Positions 14,577 to 24,683 of a stretch of 54,998 nucleotides of DNA are shown here, in pieces. The notes beneath the pieces were generated by a model. It worked only from the letters and a program-made list of their open reading frames with translations, had not been told where the DNA came from and searched no databases. Position 1 is the stretch's first letter. The number at the start of each line of letters is the position of its first letter. The position numbers and the translations under genes are program-made. Where the stretch lies: contig CAZVMT010000001.1 in NCBI GenBank assembly GCA_964628765.1, forward strand, positions 1 to 54,998, given 5' to 3'. This DNA is from an uncultured Candidatus Bathyarchaeia archaeon (GTDB lineage Archaea; Thermoproteota; Bathyarchaeia; TCS64).

Positions 14577-15822
14577 GTCGGGCATTCTCGCACCGTACAA
14601 GCCGCTGCCCTGGCAGATCGATCCGCTGCGTGACAAGTCCAAGATCGTGCTGCTGAGTGGCAGCGCAGGCGGCGGCAAGTCAAGACTCGCAGGAGAGAAG
14701 TTGCACGCTTACTGTCTCAAGTACCCAGGCGCGACGGCGCTCATGATGCGCAAGACGCGCAAGTCGATGACGAACAGCACGGTGTTATTCATGGAGCGCG
14801 TGGTCATTGGCCTGGGTGCGCCCAACGTGCGGCATGTGTCGAGCAACAGCCGCTTTGAGTACAGCAATGGCAGTCTGCTTGTATACGGTGGCATGGCAGA
14901 CGAGGATCAGCGCGAACAAATCCGCTCGATTGGTATCCAGGGCGGCCTTGACATCGTGTGGATGGAGGAAGCGACTCACTTCCTCGAGAAAGACTTCCAA
15001 GAGATCGCGCCTCGTATGCGTGGGCGTGCCGGGGGGTGGGCGCAAATTATCCTGAGCACGAACCCGGACGGCCCGAAACATTGGATCAATCAGCAGATGA
15101 TCGTCGGGAAAAAGGGCAGCGTCTATTACAGCGGGGCGCTTGACAACCCGCACAACCCGCCGGAGTACATCGAGTGGCTGAACATGCTCACGGGGGTGCA
15201 GCGCCTGCGACTGGTCGAGGGCAAGTGGGTGCAGGCGGAGGGTGCGGTCTACCCGGACTTCGATCCGCTGTACAACGTGACCGAGGACGCCGAATACAAC
15301 CCGGATGTAGGACCGGTGTTCTGGGGTGTGGATGACGGTTATGCTTACGGCTCAGGGCCGGGCACGTCAGGCTATCACCCGCGCGTGATCCTGTTCGGGC
15401 AGATGACGGCGCAGGGCGGGCTGAACGTGTTCAACGAGTATTATCGATGTGGGGTAGCCGATTATTACCAGACTATCGACGATGCGTTTGACATGGGCTA
15501 CCCGCCGCCTGAGCTGTCCTTTGTGGATAGCAGCGCGGCCATGCTGCGCGGGGCGCTGTCACAGCGCAACGTGTACAACGCGGGCGCGACGCACAAGGTA
15601 ACCGAGGGAATCCGCAACCTGCGGCGAATGATATTGGACGGGCAGGGAGTGCGGCTGTTGAAAATACACCCGCGCTGTGTGCAGTTGATCGGGGAGTTGC
15701 AAAGCTACCTGTACAACGAGCGGTCAACGGCTGCGCAGAGTGGGGAGCCGGTTCCGCTCAAACTTGACGATCACGGGCCGGACGCGCTGCGTTATATGGC
15801 GTGGCACCTGAAAAATACGTAA
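14563..15822 (+). CDS. terL: Terminase large subunit
   Basis: Walker A GSAGGGKS, Walker B-like IVWMEEA, and a nuclease-half acidic motif. Confidence 0.85.
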   Translation: MTATRSGILAPYKPLPWQIDPLRDKSKIVLLSGSAGGGKSRLAGEKLHAYCLKYPGATALMMRKTRKSMTNSTVLFMERVVIGLGAPNVRHVSSNSRFEYSNGSLLVYGGMADEDQREQIRSIGIQGGLDIVWMEEATHFLEKDFQEIAPRMRGRAGGWAQIILSTNPDGPKHWINQQMIVGKKGSVYYSGALDNPHNPPEYIEWLNMLTGVQRLRLVEGKWVQAEGAVYPDFDPLYNVTEDAEYNPDVGPVFWGVDDGYAYGSGPGTSGYHPRVILFGQMTAQGGLNVFNEYYRCGVADYYQTIDDAFDMGYPPPELSFVDSSAAMLRGALSQRNVYNAGATHKVTEGIRNLRRMILDGQGVRLLKIHPRCVQLIGELQSYLYNERSTAAQSGEPVPLKLDDHGPDALRYMAWHLKNT

Positions 15823-15840
15823 TGGCTATTGGAGCAACCA

Positions 15841-18132
15841 ATGCCTGACGAAACACAGATCATGAAACGGCAGTCCGTGCAGGATTTGCCGGACGTAAAA
15901 AAGGACAGCGGCTTTTCGTCTCTTTGGGCGTGGTCGTATCGGGAGAGTGACGGCCTGCTGCCTGCGTGGGGCACGCGCCAACGTGAGGAGAAGCTGCGCC
16001 AGTACTACCGCAGCTTCTACGGCACGCTGATCCAGGGCGCGTTTGCCGGTTTGCTCAAGCGCATTGTGTCTACGCCCTGGGAAGTGGAGGGGCCGAAGGC
16101 GGGCGTTGAGCGTTATCAGGATTTCTTGCGTCACGCGCAGTTCGGGCAGGGCTGGCGGCAGTTCCTTATGCCCATGCTGCTTGACTACCTGCGGCATGAC
16201 ATCGGCGGCTTCGCTGAGGTTATCGGTCCCGGTAATCCGATGAGGGCTATGACCGGCCCGGCAACCGGACTCGCCTACCTCGACGCGCTGCACTGCTGGC
16301 CGACGGGCGACCCGGAATATCCGGTGATCTACGTGTCGCGCAAGGGGCAGAAACACATCCTGCACAAGACGCGGGTGCTGCGTTTTGTAGACATGCCAGA
16401 CAGTGACGAGGATCAACCCGGCGGGATCGGGCTGTGCGCGTTGTCGCGCTCGATGATGATCCTTGAGCGACAGATCTTGATGGGGCGTTACATTGAGCAG
16501 CGCCTTGACGACAAACCGCCGCCGGGGATCATGCTGGCGCGTAACATGACCGAACAGCAGCGCAATCAAGCCGCCGCCGCGTATCACAATGACCAACAGC
16601 GCGATGCACGGCCTATCTGGGGGCGCACACTATGGTTCTACGGCTTGCAGGTCGAGCACCCTATCGAATTGACACCGGTCGAATTCAGCAAGCCGCCGGA
16701 AGGGTTTGACTACCGCGTATACACGGTTGACATCGACGTTCCCATGTTGGCGTTGGCAATCGGAATCGATCCACAGGACATCTGGCCGCTGACAGGCAGC
16801 ACTACAGCGGGCACGGCTACGCAGTCAAGCATCCTGCACGCGAAGGGGCGCGGTAAGACGTTCTCAGACATCCTGTCAATGTTGGAGCGGGACTTAAACG
16901 ATGTTTTGCCTAAACGGTACGAGTTCCAGTTCAAATTCAGTGACGGCGATCAGGACAAGGAACGTGCCGACTTTGCCGCTACCTGGACATCCACCGTCAA
17001 TCAGATGGACAAATACCTGACACCTGACGAGGCGCGGCGCTTGCTGGCAAACCAGATCGAGCCAGTCAAAGACGTGATCACCGACGAGGACGGCACAGTT
17101 CTCCGATTGGGTGACGCCGATCCGAAAGACCCGGCGACAGCGGATGACATGGGCACACCGCCAATGTTACCGGGGCAGCAGGTAGATACCGCGCCCGCCA
17201 GTGAGACGATACCTGTCACGGGTGGCGAACCTGTTGCAGCAATGCCAACCGTGCCCGTCGCGGGCACTGCACCTGTGCGGGGAGGCGGTTCCGATACAGC
17301 CGCTCCGGTTAACATCGACAGTACCCAGGGATTGAACGGGGCGCAGATCGCCGCCGCGCTGCAAATTCTGGCGGGGGTTGTGGACGGCACGACCGTTCCC
17401 TCGGTGGCAATTGAGTTGCTTATGGCGTTGGGTATCGAGCCGGAACGTTCCCGCCGTATGGTAGAGGATACCGTGTCGGGTGCCAAGCCCAAGGAAGAAC
17501 CACCTAAGCAGGCACCACCGCAGTTTAACAAGCCTGCCCCTGATGACACCGAAGAGAAGGCGCTTAAGGATTTCGGCGGCACGCGCGCCGAATTCGTGGC
17601 AAACGTGGCTGACCTTGTGGCATCGGCGCAGGCAGGCAGCATCAACCGCCGTCGGTTCGGGATCGTGTTACGGGCACAGCTGCGGCGATTGGGGCAGTAT
17701 GCGTTTCTCGATGGGCGGGAGGACGGCGGGGTAGACCGTGACGAGCCGCTTGACGACCGGGAACAGCAGGCGCTGGCGGTGTGGCTGAGCGACCAGAATC
17801 AGTATATTGGCAACTTTGCGCAGCGGGTGTTTGGCAATGAGTTGTCAGGGTCGCAGATCGAGATGCATTCCGAAATGTGGGCGAACAAATCCTTACGTGG
17901 CGCGTTCCAGTTGGGGCAGGCATCAGCAGCCTGGAATGCCCCCTTTCGTTGGGTATATGGCGATACTGAACACTGCGCCGACTGCCTGCGACTCAATGGG
18001 CAGGTACACCGCATGAGAGACTGGCGCAAGCGGAATCTGTTACCGGGCAGCAGCGCGTTAGCCTGTCACGGCTACAACTGCAAATGTCAACTGGTGCCAG
18101 CACCGGGTGAAAAATCAAGGGGGCGATTCTGA
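15841..18132 (+). CDS. Portal protein fused to a MuF/SPP1 gp7-like head morphogenesis domain
   Basis: Lies after TerL. A P/A/T/G-rich linker of about 150 aa is present. The C-terminus CADCLRLNG...HGYNCKCQLVP is typical of the MuF family. Confidence 0.7.
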   Translation: MPDETQIMKRQSVQDLPDVKKDSGFSSLWAWSYRESDGLLPAWGTRQREEKLRQYYRSFYGTLIQGAFAGLLKRIVSTPWEVEGPKAGVERYQDFLRHAQFGQGWRQFLMPMLLDYLRHDIGGFAEVIGPGNPMRAMTGPATGLAYLDALHCWPTGDPEYPVIYVSRKGQKHILHKTRVLRFVDMPDSDEDQPGGIGLCALSRSMMILERQILMGRYIEQRLDDKPPPGIMLARNMTEQQRNQAAAAYHNDQQRDARPIWGRTLWFYGLQVEHPIELTPVEFSKPPEGFDYRVYTVDIDVPMLALAIGIDPQDIWPLTGSTTAGTATQSSILHAKGRGKTFSDILSMLERDLNDVLPKRYEFQFKFSDGDQDKERADFAATWTSTVNQMDKYLTPDEARRLLANQIEPVKDVITDEDGTVLRLGDADPKDPATADDMGTPPMLPGQQVDTAPASETIPVTGGEPVAAMPTVPVAGTAPVRGGGSDTAAPVNIDSTQGLNGAQIAAALQILAGVVDGTTVPSVAIELLMALGIEPERSRRMVEDTVSGAKPKEEPPKQAPPQFNKPAPDDTEEKALKDFGGTRAEFVANVADLVASAQAGSINRRRFGIVLRAQLRRLGQYAFLDGREDGGVDRDEPLDDREQQALAVWLSDQNQYIGNFAQRVFGNELSGSQIEMHSEMWANKSLRGAFQLGQASAAWNAPFRWVYGDTEHCADCLRLNGQVHRMRDWRKRNLLPGSSALACHGYNCKCQLVPAPGEKSRGRF

Positions 18133-19466
18133 TGCCTTACGATATTCGAAAGCGGGACGGCAAGTACTGCCTGTACAAGGAAGGCACCGACGAACTGGTA
18201 ACCGGTTCGTGCCATGCTGACCGTGCCGAGACTGAGCGCATGGCGCGGGCGATCATGGCGAACGAGAACAAGGCGACGGTGTACAAGGCGGCAGACGGCA
18301 CGCGCCACATGTTGATCGTCACCTCCAACAGTTACAAGGATCGAGAAGATCAGACGATCACGACCGACGCGCTGACTGGATACGTAGAGCGCCAGTGGCA
18401 GGGCGAACAATTCGCCGGGGACAATGTGCTGCTGTTCTGGCACGATGGGCCGCCGATTGGCGATATTGTGTGGGCTGACATGGAAGGGCCTTTCCTGGTC
18501 GAGGTCGCACGAGAACGCAAGTCGGGCTTACCGATGCTGGAACACTACACCCGCGCTATCTGGGACCACGTCGAACGTAATGACGAGGACTGGGGCGCGT
18601 CGCACGGGTTTGGGTATGATGTAGCGGACCTGGAACCCGACGAGGGGCGGGGCACATTCAAACAAATTCACAAAGTTGAGACGAGCGTTTTGCCGCGTGA
18701 ATATGCGGCCAATGCGCTGACATACTCAGGAGTGATCATGAGCGACAAACGAGACAAGACGTTAGATGCGATTGCCCCCGGTTGGGGCCAGCGCATCCGC
18801 GAAGCGTTGGGCATGGCGAAAGCCGAGCTTGACGAACAGGGCGTGCAGCATAAAGCATTGGGGCCGACTGTGACCAAAGCCGATCTGCTCGACGCCATTG
18901 AATACACGGTGAAGCGCATCAACGAACAGACGGTCACCAAAGCCGCAGGCGACGACTCCGCTCCGGTGGACGTTCGCGCCGAAGCCGAGGCCGTGCTTGA
19001 TGCGCTGATGGACGTGCCGACGGTGGATGTTGAAGCCGCCGCCGCCGTGTTTGCCGAAGGCGCTGAGCCGGTCGAGGAAGTTACGCCGGACGCTGACACC
19101 GACGCGCCGGAAGATGACAACAGCGCCGAAGTCAAAGCGCTGTTTGACAGCATGACGAAACAAACCGCACTGGTGACGCAGATCGTTGACGATCAGGCGG
19201 CATTGGTGGAGGCCATGCAAACCATCGGCAAGGGGCTTGAATCTGTGGCCCGGTCCGCTGGTAAGATCGAATCACTGGAAGTGACGGTCAAGGCGCTTGA
19301 AGCGCAGTTGAATGACCGCCCGCGCCGTGCGACTCGCGCACTTGAAACTGCTGTTGAAAACGACGACTTGCCCGAACCTGTGCTGGATGCGCTGAAAGCG
19401 GCGCAGGGCAAGGACGGCGACTTCTTCGGCATTCCGCTTCACAAATTGCCGCCTAATGGGGCGTAA
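18132..19466 (+). CDS. Prohead protease (HK97/S78-like) fused to a scaffold-like acidic coiled-coil region
   Basis: LLFWHDGPPIGDIVWADMEGPFLVEV resembles the S78 core. The C-terminal half is Ala/Glu/Asp-rich and helical. Confidence 0.6.
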   Translation: MPYDIRKRDGKYCLYKEGTDELVTGSCHADRAETERMARAIMANENKATVYKAADGTRHMLIVTSNSYKDREDQTITTDALTGYVERQWQGEQFAGDNVLLFWHDGPPIGDIVWADMEGPFLVEVARERKSGLPMLEHYTRAIWDHVERNDEDWGASHGFGYDVADLEPDEGRGTFKQIHKVETSVLPREYAANALTYSGVIMSDKRDKTLDAIAPGWGQRIREALGMAKAELDEQGVQHKALGPTVTKADLLDAIEYTVKRINEQTVTKAAGDDSAPVDVRAEAEAVLDALMDVPTVDVEAAAAVFAEGAEPVEEVTPDADTDAPEDDNSAEVKALFDSMTKQTALVTQIVDDQAALVEAMQTIGKGLESVARSAGKIESLEVTVKALEAQLNDRPRRATRALETAVENDDLPEPVLDALKAAQGKDGDFFGIPLHKLPPNGA

Positions 19467-19487
19467 CCGACAAGGAGACAGGCTACA

Positions 19488-20945
19488 ATGACCGACAAGA
19501 TCACGATCAAGGGTCAGGACTTTGACCCTGAAGTCATCCAGAAGATGATTGACGCGGGGCTGGCATTCGGCACCAAGAACGACCCGGCCTCGACCACGCC
19601 GACCAATGCGCAGTTGCACGGCCCGCTGGCTGACAACTCCGGTAACTGGGGACCGTTCGCGGAACCCGGTATCCGCCCGACGATGCTCAGCGCTATGCAG
19701 CGCCCGAAGTCGTTGTCTGCTGTGCTGCCGCTGATGCAGTCACGCGTGTACAATGAGAAGATCGCCATCATGACCGGCGTCACCGAAGAAGGCGGCACGA
19801 ACGCCGCCAACTGGTGTGGTGACCCGCCCGGCCCCGGTGCGCTGAAAAAGTGCACGCAGTGGTACAGCTTCGGCAAATACTACGTCAAGGACAATCTGGC
19901 GAAGCTGGCCGACATCGGCCTGAGCCGCGACTACAGCGACGTGCCGCGCCAGATTCTCAACGCGGGGCGGGGCGGTGGCCCTGGTGCCACTGGCAACCCG
20001 TTCATCCCCGAATCCGTGTTCATGTTGGCGGACACCTACAGCCTGCTGCGCTATCAGCAGTTCCTCGTGGGCGTGTCGGCTGAGCGCGACATCTGTCACG
20101 TGACCATCCAGGGTAATGCTGCAACGGCTTACACAGCGACGCAGCACGGCTGGATCGGCGAGTTTACTGGCCTCGACAGCCAGATCAAGACGGGCTACAC
20201 GGACCACGACACCGGCCTGACGTGCCCCGCCGCTGACTCGGTGGTTGAGACGTTCAACGCAGCGGTAACGGGCAACAACGACGCCGCCAACCGCACAATC
20301 GTGCAGGTGTGGCAGGACACGATGTTTGCACTCGAAAGCCGGGCAGACGCTGCCGGGCTGATGGGTGTCACGTTCGTCGCGGTCATGCGCAAGGACCTGT
20401 TCTACGCGCTGACGCAGCAGCTGGCCTGCAACTTCTACACCGCCCGCTGCACGTTCTCCAACAACAACGCGCAGAGCCAGGATGCCCGCGACATCGAAGG
20501 GCTGCGACTGGCGATGCTTAACGGCTCCTATCTGCTATACAACGGTATGCAGGTGCCGGTCGTGTTTGATGAATGTATGCCTCGTGAAACCCTGGGCAAC
20601 CAGTACTACAAGAGCGACATCTTCATTGTGCCGCTGTCGTGGCAGGGGATGCCGTTGACCTACTTCCAGTACTTCCCGATGAACAATCAGTACGCGACCG
20701 AGTTTGCGCAGATTCTCGGTTCCGGCGTGCAGTATCTCAACAACGGGTTGTGGCTGGTGGGCAAGCGTGATACGGGTCTGTGCCTCGAACATCACTACCA
20801 GATGATGCCTCGCGTCATCCTGGAAGCGCCGTTCCTGGCCGGACGTATCGACGATATCTTCTACAACTACTATGCTCAGAGCCGCGAGGCCCTGCCGGGC
20901 GAATCGATGTACGCTGACGGCGGCACCTCCTACTACGTGGCATAA
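19488..20945 (+). CDS. Major capsid protein
   Basis: AAGGAGA RBS. 485 aa. Lies directly after the protease/scaffold gene and is followed by a terminator-like hairpin. Confidence 0.65.
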   Translation: MTDKITIKGQDFDPEVIQKMIDAGLAFGTKNDPASTTPTNAQLHGPLADNSGNWGPFAEPGIRPTMLSAMQRPKSLSAVLPLMQSRVYNEKIAIMTGVTEEGGTNAANWCGDPPGPGALKKCTQWYSFGKYYVKDNLAKLADIGLSRDYSDVPRQILNAGRGGGPGATGNPFIPESVFMLADTYSLLRYQQFLVGVSAERDICHVTIQGNAATAYTATQHGWIGEFTGLDSQIKTGYTDHDTGLTCPAADSVVETFNAAVTGNNDAANRTIVQVWQDTMFALESRADAAGLMGVTFVAVMRKDLFYALTQQLACNFYTARCTFSNNNAQSQDARDIEGLRLAMLNGSYLLYNGMQVPVVFDECMPRETLGNQYYKSDIFIVPLSWQGMPLTYFQYFPMNNQYATEFAQILGSGVQYLNNGLWLVGKRDTGLCLEHHYQMMPRVILEAPFLAGRIDDIFYNYYAQSREALPGESMYADGGTSYYVA

Positions 20946-20965
20946 CGCAGCATAAGTAACAGCCT

Positions 20966-20994
20966 ATTGACAGAATGAAGATTTTGCAATAGGA
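20966..20994 (+). promoter_or_regulatory. Sigma70-type promoter of the glycosylation cassette (TTGACA-17-TAGGAT)
   Basis: Hexamers and spacing read directly. The upstream cctaTTGACA context is shared with the 13044 promoter. Confidence 0.55.
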
Positions 20995-21004
20995 TCGAAC
21001 TGAG

Positions 21005-21044
21005 AAACGCAGTCTCTCGCCCCGGTGAGGGGCTGCGTTTTCCA
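21005..21044 (+). terminator. Hairpin with a short T tract (weak terminator or attenuator)
   Basis: AACGCAG...CCCC-ggtga-GGGG-CTGCGTT followed by TTTT. Confidence 0.5.
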
Positions 21045-21065
21045 TATTCGAGGTGAATAAAACCA

Positions 21066-21446
21066 ATGAAACGATATAAAGAATACGACTATTGGCTTGT
21101 TTTTCCCATTGCCAACAATGATATACGCTGGCATTGGAATAAGCATACACACGACTTGTATTTGAATTACAGTACCTCCGATGAATTCTACAAAACCGCC
21201 ACTGTTTGGTATGAAGTATCTCCGCTTGTGCAACGGTTGTATCTTGAAAAGTGGGGCGCTGAATTGTGGCCCCTTATTAAAGATTATGTGTTGATTGTTC
21301 AGGATCACCTTAATCGCAAAACTCACCTCACGCAACCTCTAGGAGTAAAGCACGCTGAGCAGCGTTCAGCAGAGATAATCATCAATGAGATTGTTGATGC
21401 TTTTATGCTGTCGAAAACAGGTATGCACAACGGTTCTGGCCTATGA
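21066..21446 (+). CDS. Hypothetical protein encoded by a low-GC gene
   Basis: Clearly AT-richer than the flanking genes. GAGGTGA RBS. Confidence 0.6.
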   Translation: MKRYKEYDYWLVFPIANNDIRWHWNKHTHDLYLNYSTSDEFYKTATVWYEVSPLVQRLYLEKWGAELWPLIKDYVLIVQDHLNRKTHLTQPLGVKHAEQRSAEIIINEIVDAFMLSKTGMHNGSGL

Positions 21447-22537
21447 TGAATACTACCGTGATCATCCCTGTCGGGCCGAATCACCACGATCTGAGTGTTC
21501 GCGCCATTGCCAGCGTGCAAGATCAGACGACGGCGGCGGCGCTCATTGTCGTGCATGATACCGAGCGGCGCGGCCCCGGATGGGCGCGTAATCAGGGCAT
21601 CGAGCAGGCGGACACGCCGTTCGTGCTGTTCCTGGATGCCGACGACTGGCTCAATCCTGAAGCTGTGCAGCGCCTCGAAGCGGCGGCGGCGGGATGGGAT
21701 GGGTATGTGTATGGCGACTGGATCATCGGGAACGCTGTGCACAAGTCGCCGGAGCCGTGCAAAGCATGGCGGCACGGCACGCGCAACATCGTGACGGCGC
21801 TGGTGCCGACGGTGGCAGCGCGTAAGGTGGGCGGCTTTGATGAGACACTGCCCGGCGGGGAAGATACCGACTTCTACCTCAAACTAATTGCCGCCGGGAT
21901 ATGTGGCAAACACATTGATTACCCCGTCCTCAACTACCGGCCCGAAGGCGAACGCGGGCGGGAGTATGTGGCAAGCGGGGCACGCGACCGGGTACACGCG
22001 CTCATGGATGCGCGTTATGGAGTAAGGGAAATTGTAATGGGATGCTGTGGAAAACCTGATAAGCCGGACACCACGCCGGAGCCGATTGAAAACGGGGTGC
22101 TTGTCACTCCCGTCTGGCGCGGCAATCGAAGAGTTACAGGCGGGGTAACGGGGCGCGACTACGGACGGCAGTCAGCGCCAAAAACATTTTACATCGACAG
22201 GCGCGATCTTGATGCGATGCCGAACATGTATCGCCCTGTGCAGGTCGGAGATGCCGAACCGGAGTCGCTGCTTAACCCAGCCTTCCCGATTGCACGGGGG
22301 CTACCGGCGCTCGGCGACGCTATCTTTGGTGAACGGCGCGAGGCCCCGCAGGGCACGCGCTACACACCGCCAACGGCAGGGCGGCAAGCGCCAGACCTTG
22401 ACGCGGTGATTCGCATGGGGCGCGAAGCGTTGGAAGCGGCGCCAGCGTCGGAACCTGCGCCCAAGCCGAAACGCACGCGCAAACGTAAGGCGACGGCACC
22501 GAAAGCAGAGGTTATTGTCGAGGGTGAGGGTGCATGA
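21443..22537 (+). CDS. Family 2 (GT-A) glycosyltransferase with a C-terminal extension
   Basis: VIIPVGPNHH, LFLDADDWL (DxD) and GGEDTDFY motifs. Confidence 0.75.
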   Translation: MMNTTVIIPVGPNHHDLSVRAIASVQDQTTAAALIVVHDTERRGPGWARNQGIEQADTPFVLFLDADDWLNPEAVQRLEAAAAGWDGYVYGDWIIGNAVHKSPEPCKAWRHGTRNIVTALVPTVAARKVGGFDETLPGGEDTDFYLKLIAAGICGKHIDYPVLNYRPEGERGREYVASGARDRVHALMDARYGVREIVMGCCGKPDKPDTTPEPIENGVLVTPVWRGNRRVTGGVTGRDYGRQSAPKTFYIDRRDLDAMPNMYRPVQVGDAEPESLLNPAFPIARGLPALGDAIFGERREAPQGTRYTPPTAGRQAPDLDAVIRMGREALEAAPASEPAPKPKRTRKRKATAPKAEVIVEGEGA

Positions 22538-22860
22538 AAGTGTACATTGTGCGTGCACGAGTAGTCGATCATCTTTCGCCTATGCCGATAGGCGTGTTTG
22601 ATAATTTCGCGCTGGCGAAAAGCGAGCTTGTCAAATTTCTTGAGGCCATGTTTCCCGGTTACGAATGGCTGAACTGTGGAAACACGTTCCCTGCCCCCTG
22701 GCTTGCAGTGGAACGGGTGGGGCCCGGCACAGAAAGCACTCTAATAAGATATGGAGACATCAAGGGGGCAGTTATGAACGAGTTAATGTCCGATGCTGCC
22801 GATTGGGTGCGTCTCAAGCCAGAACTTGACAGCATGGCAGAAAGAGCGAAACGTGACTGA
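22534..22860 (+). CDS. Hypothetical small protein (lower GC)
   Basis: ATGA overlap with the upstream gene. Confidence 0.55.
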   Translation: MKVYIVRARVVDHLSPMPIGVFDNFALAKSELVKFLEAMFPGYEWLNCGNTFPAPWLAVERVGPGTESTLIRYGDIKGAVMNELMSDAADWVRLKPELDSMAERAKRD

Positions 22861-23665
22861 CGAAATCGTCTTTGTCCGCACGCGCCACGAATACGCCAGC
22901 TATGCCGACCTATGGCGGCTTGTCGAGCTAACCGGCTTCCCGCTGATCTACCCTGACGAGGTGCCCACTCAGGCACCGGATACCACGTTTATCATCACGC
23001 CCGCCAACGGCGAGTGGCGTGACTGGCCCGAAGATCACACGACCGGGCATATCGTGTTTTGGAATCTGGAATGGGGCAAGGGCGATCCAATCCCCTGCGC
23101 CAATGAGGTGTGGACTTCGGATGCATGGCACGCTGAGCGCATCGGGGCGCGGTTCGTGCCGTTTGGCAGCCACCCCGATCTATGCCCAACCGAACGCGCC
23201 GACGCGCCCGACTACGACGCGATCCTGCTGGCCTATCGCAACTGGCCCCGGCAGGTTGCGGAGGGCGCGCTTATTGACGCGGGGCTGACGGTTGCGCCGG
23301 ATGGGTGGGGCGAACACCGCCGGGATATGTTGGGCCGGACGCGCTGTATGGTGAACGTACACCAGCATCAGATCATGCCGGAACACTGGATTGAAGAAGA
23401 ATATCCCTGCGTAGCGGCGCAGCGGTTCGCGGTGGCGGCTTCGGCGCGGATTCCGCTGATCGGCCAGACCATGTACAACCCGCTGCCGTTTATTCCGGGC
23501 CTGCATTTTATCCCGACTGCCATGCCGTTTATTGCTAATGTTGTGGCATCCCTCACGCCACAGCGCGGCGAAGAACTGGCGCGGGCCATGCACCTGCTGC
23601 TGTGTGAGCAGCTTCGATTTGACAAGGTGGTCAAGGCTGCGGTTCGGGGAGGAGTAGAGGTATGA
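22853..23665 (+). CDS. CgeB-like/GT-B C-terminal-domain glycosyltransferase (putative)
   Basis: MVNVHQHQ...AAQRFAVAASARIPLI resembles the CgeB/Glyco_trans_1_2 core. Confidence 0.45.
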   Translation: MTDEIVFVRTRHEYASYADLWRLVELTGFPLIYPDEVPTQAPDTTFIITPANGEWRDWPEDHTTGHIVFWNLEWGKGDPIPCANEVWTSDAWHAERIGARFVPFGSHPDLCPTERADAPDYDAILLAYRNWPRQVAEGALIDAGLTVAPDGWGEHRRDMLGRTRCMVNVHQHQIMPEHWIEEEYPCVAAQRFAVAASARIPLIGQTMYNPLPFIPGLHFIPTAMPFIANVVASLTPQRGEELARAMHLLLCEQLRFDKVVKAAVRGGVEV

Positions 23666-23931
23666 AAGCAACAGTTAATCTGTTTTGGGTCGTGGTCAAG
23701 GCTGAGCCGAAAATTAAAGGCTCATACCAATTTTTTCGCGCTGGCCCGCTGTATTTTGATGAGGTATTCAGAACCCGCGCCGCTGCAATCGAGCGCCTTA
23801 GAAGCAACCGCGACGGCGATCTGCTCTTCAAGGAAGAGGAAATCGTTATTGTCGACAATACTGCCGCATTCCTCATGCTTTATGAAACAGGTGCATTTTT
23901 GATTAAGCCCCTGTTGGAGTTTTCAGAATAA
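23662..23931 (+). CDS. Hypothetical small protein (lower GC)
   Basis: ATGA overlap with the upstream gene. Confidence 0.55.
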   Translation: MKATVNLFWVVVKAEPKIKGSYQFFRAGPLYFDEVFRTRAAAIERLRSNRDGDLLFKEEEIVIVDNTAAFLMLYETGAFLIKPLLEFSE

Positions 23932-24683
23932 TGAAAATCATCGCTTTCACCGCTCTTCACTACGGTATGGACTACCTCGACGCGGCGATCCGGTCGGTCG
24001 CGCCATTCGTGCACGAGTGGTACTTTGCCTACTCTCCGGTTGGCAGTCACGGCACGCGCACCCACACGGTATGCCCGGAGTCAGAGTCGATGTTACGCGC
24101 CGAAGCTGAGCGGGCGTTTTCCCGCTCCCCGCTGCAACGTGGCTTCGATTACGCATGGTATACACAGGACTGGAACCACGAGGGCGAACAGCGGGACAGC
24201 GTGTATACCATGTGCCCCGACGCCGATCTGATCATCGTTGTGGACGCTGACGAGGTATGGGCACCGGAAGCGGTCGCGGATGCAGTCAGGGCAGGCGCGG
24301 CGCAAACGACGCATGACGGTCTGCTCCCGTTCTGGCACTTCTGGCGCTCGTTCGGGTGGTACTGCACAGATGGGCATCGCCCGGTACGGCTGATTCGCCC
24401 TGACATGCCTGCTGGCAACACGTACCACGACCTGCCGCCCGTATACCACTTCGGTTATGCGCAGCGCTTAGAGATTGTGCGCTACAAGATCGGGATACAC
24501 GGGCACCGGACAGAGTGGCGCAATGACTGGCTGGCGCGGTTCGAGGCGTGGACCCCGGCGGGGCCGCACAATGATCTGCATCCGGTGGTGTATGATTTCT
24601 GGACGGCGCGGCCATTTGCCAAAGAGCAGATGCCCGCCGTGCTTGCGGAACATCCGAACTATGGAAAGGGAATTGTTAGATGA
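23931..24683 (+). CDS. GT-A-like glycosyltransferase (putative)
   Basis: N-terminal beta-strand MKIIAFTALHYG and a DxD motif, IIVVDADEVW. Confidence 0.5.
   Translation: MKIIAFTALHYGMDYLDAAIRSVAPFVHEWYFAYSPVGSHGTRTHTVCPESESMLRAEAERAFSRSPLQRGFDYAWYTQDWNHEGEQRDSVYTMCPDADLIIVVDADEVWAPEAVADAVRAGAAQTTHDGLLPFWHFWRSFGWYCTDGHRPVRLIRPDMPAGNTYHDLPPVYHFGYAQRLEIVRYKIGIHGHRTEWRNDWLARFEAWTPAGPHNDLHPVVYDFWTARPFAKEQMPAVLAEHPNYGKGIVR

Noticed and set aside
15826-16596. Long antisense ORFs opposite well-supported genes, for example 15826..16596(-), 28630..29301(-), 39657..40358(-), 8028..8657(-), 31690..32439(-) and 17001..17645(-)
   Set aside because: These are shadow ORFs, typical of GC-rich coding DNA. Their products are Arg/Pro/Ala-rich, they have no RBS, and they conflict with motif-bearing genes on the other strand.
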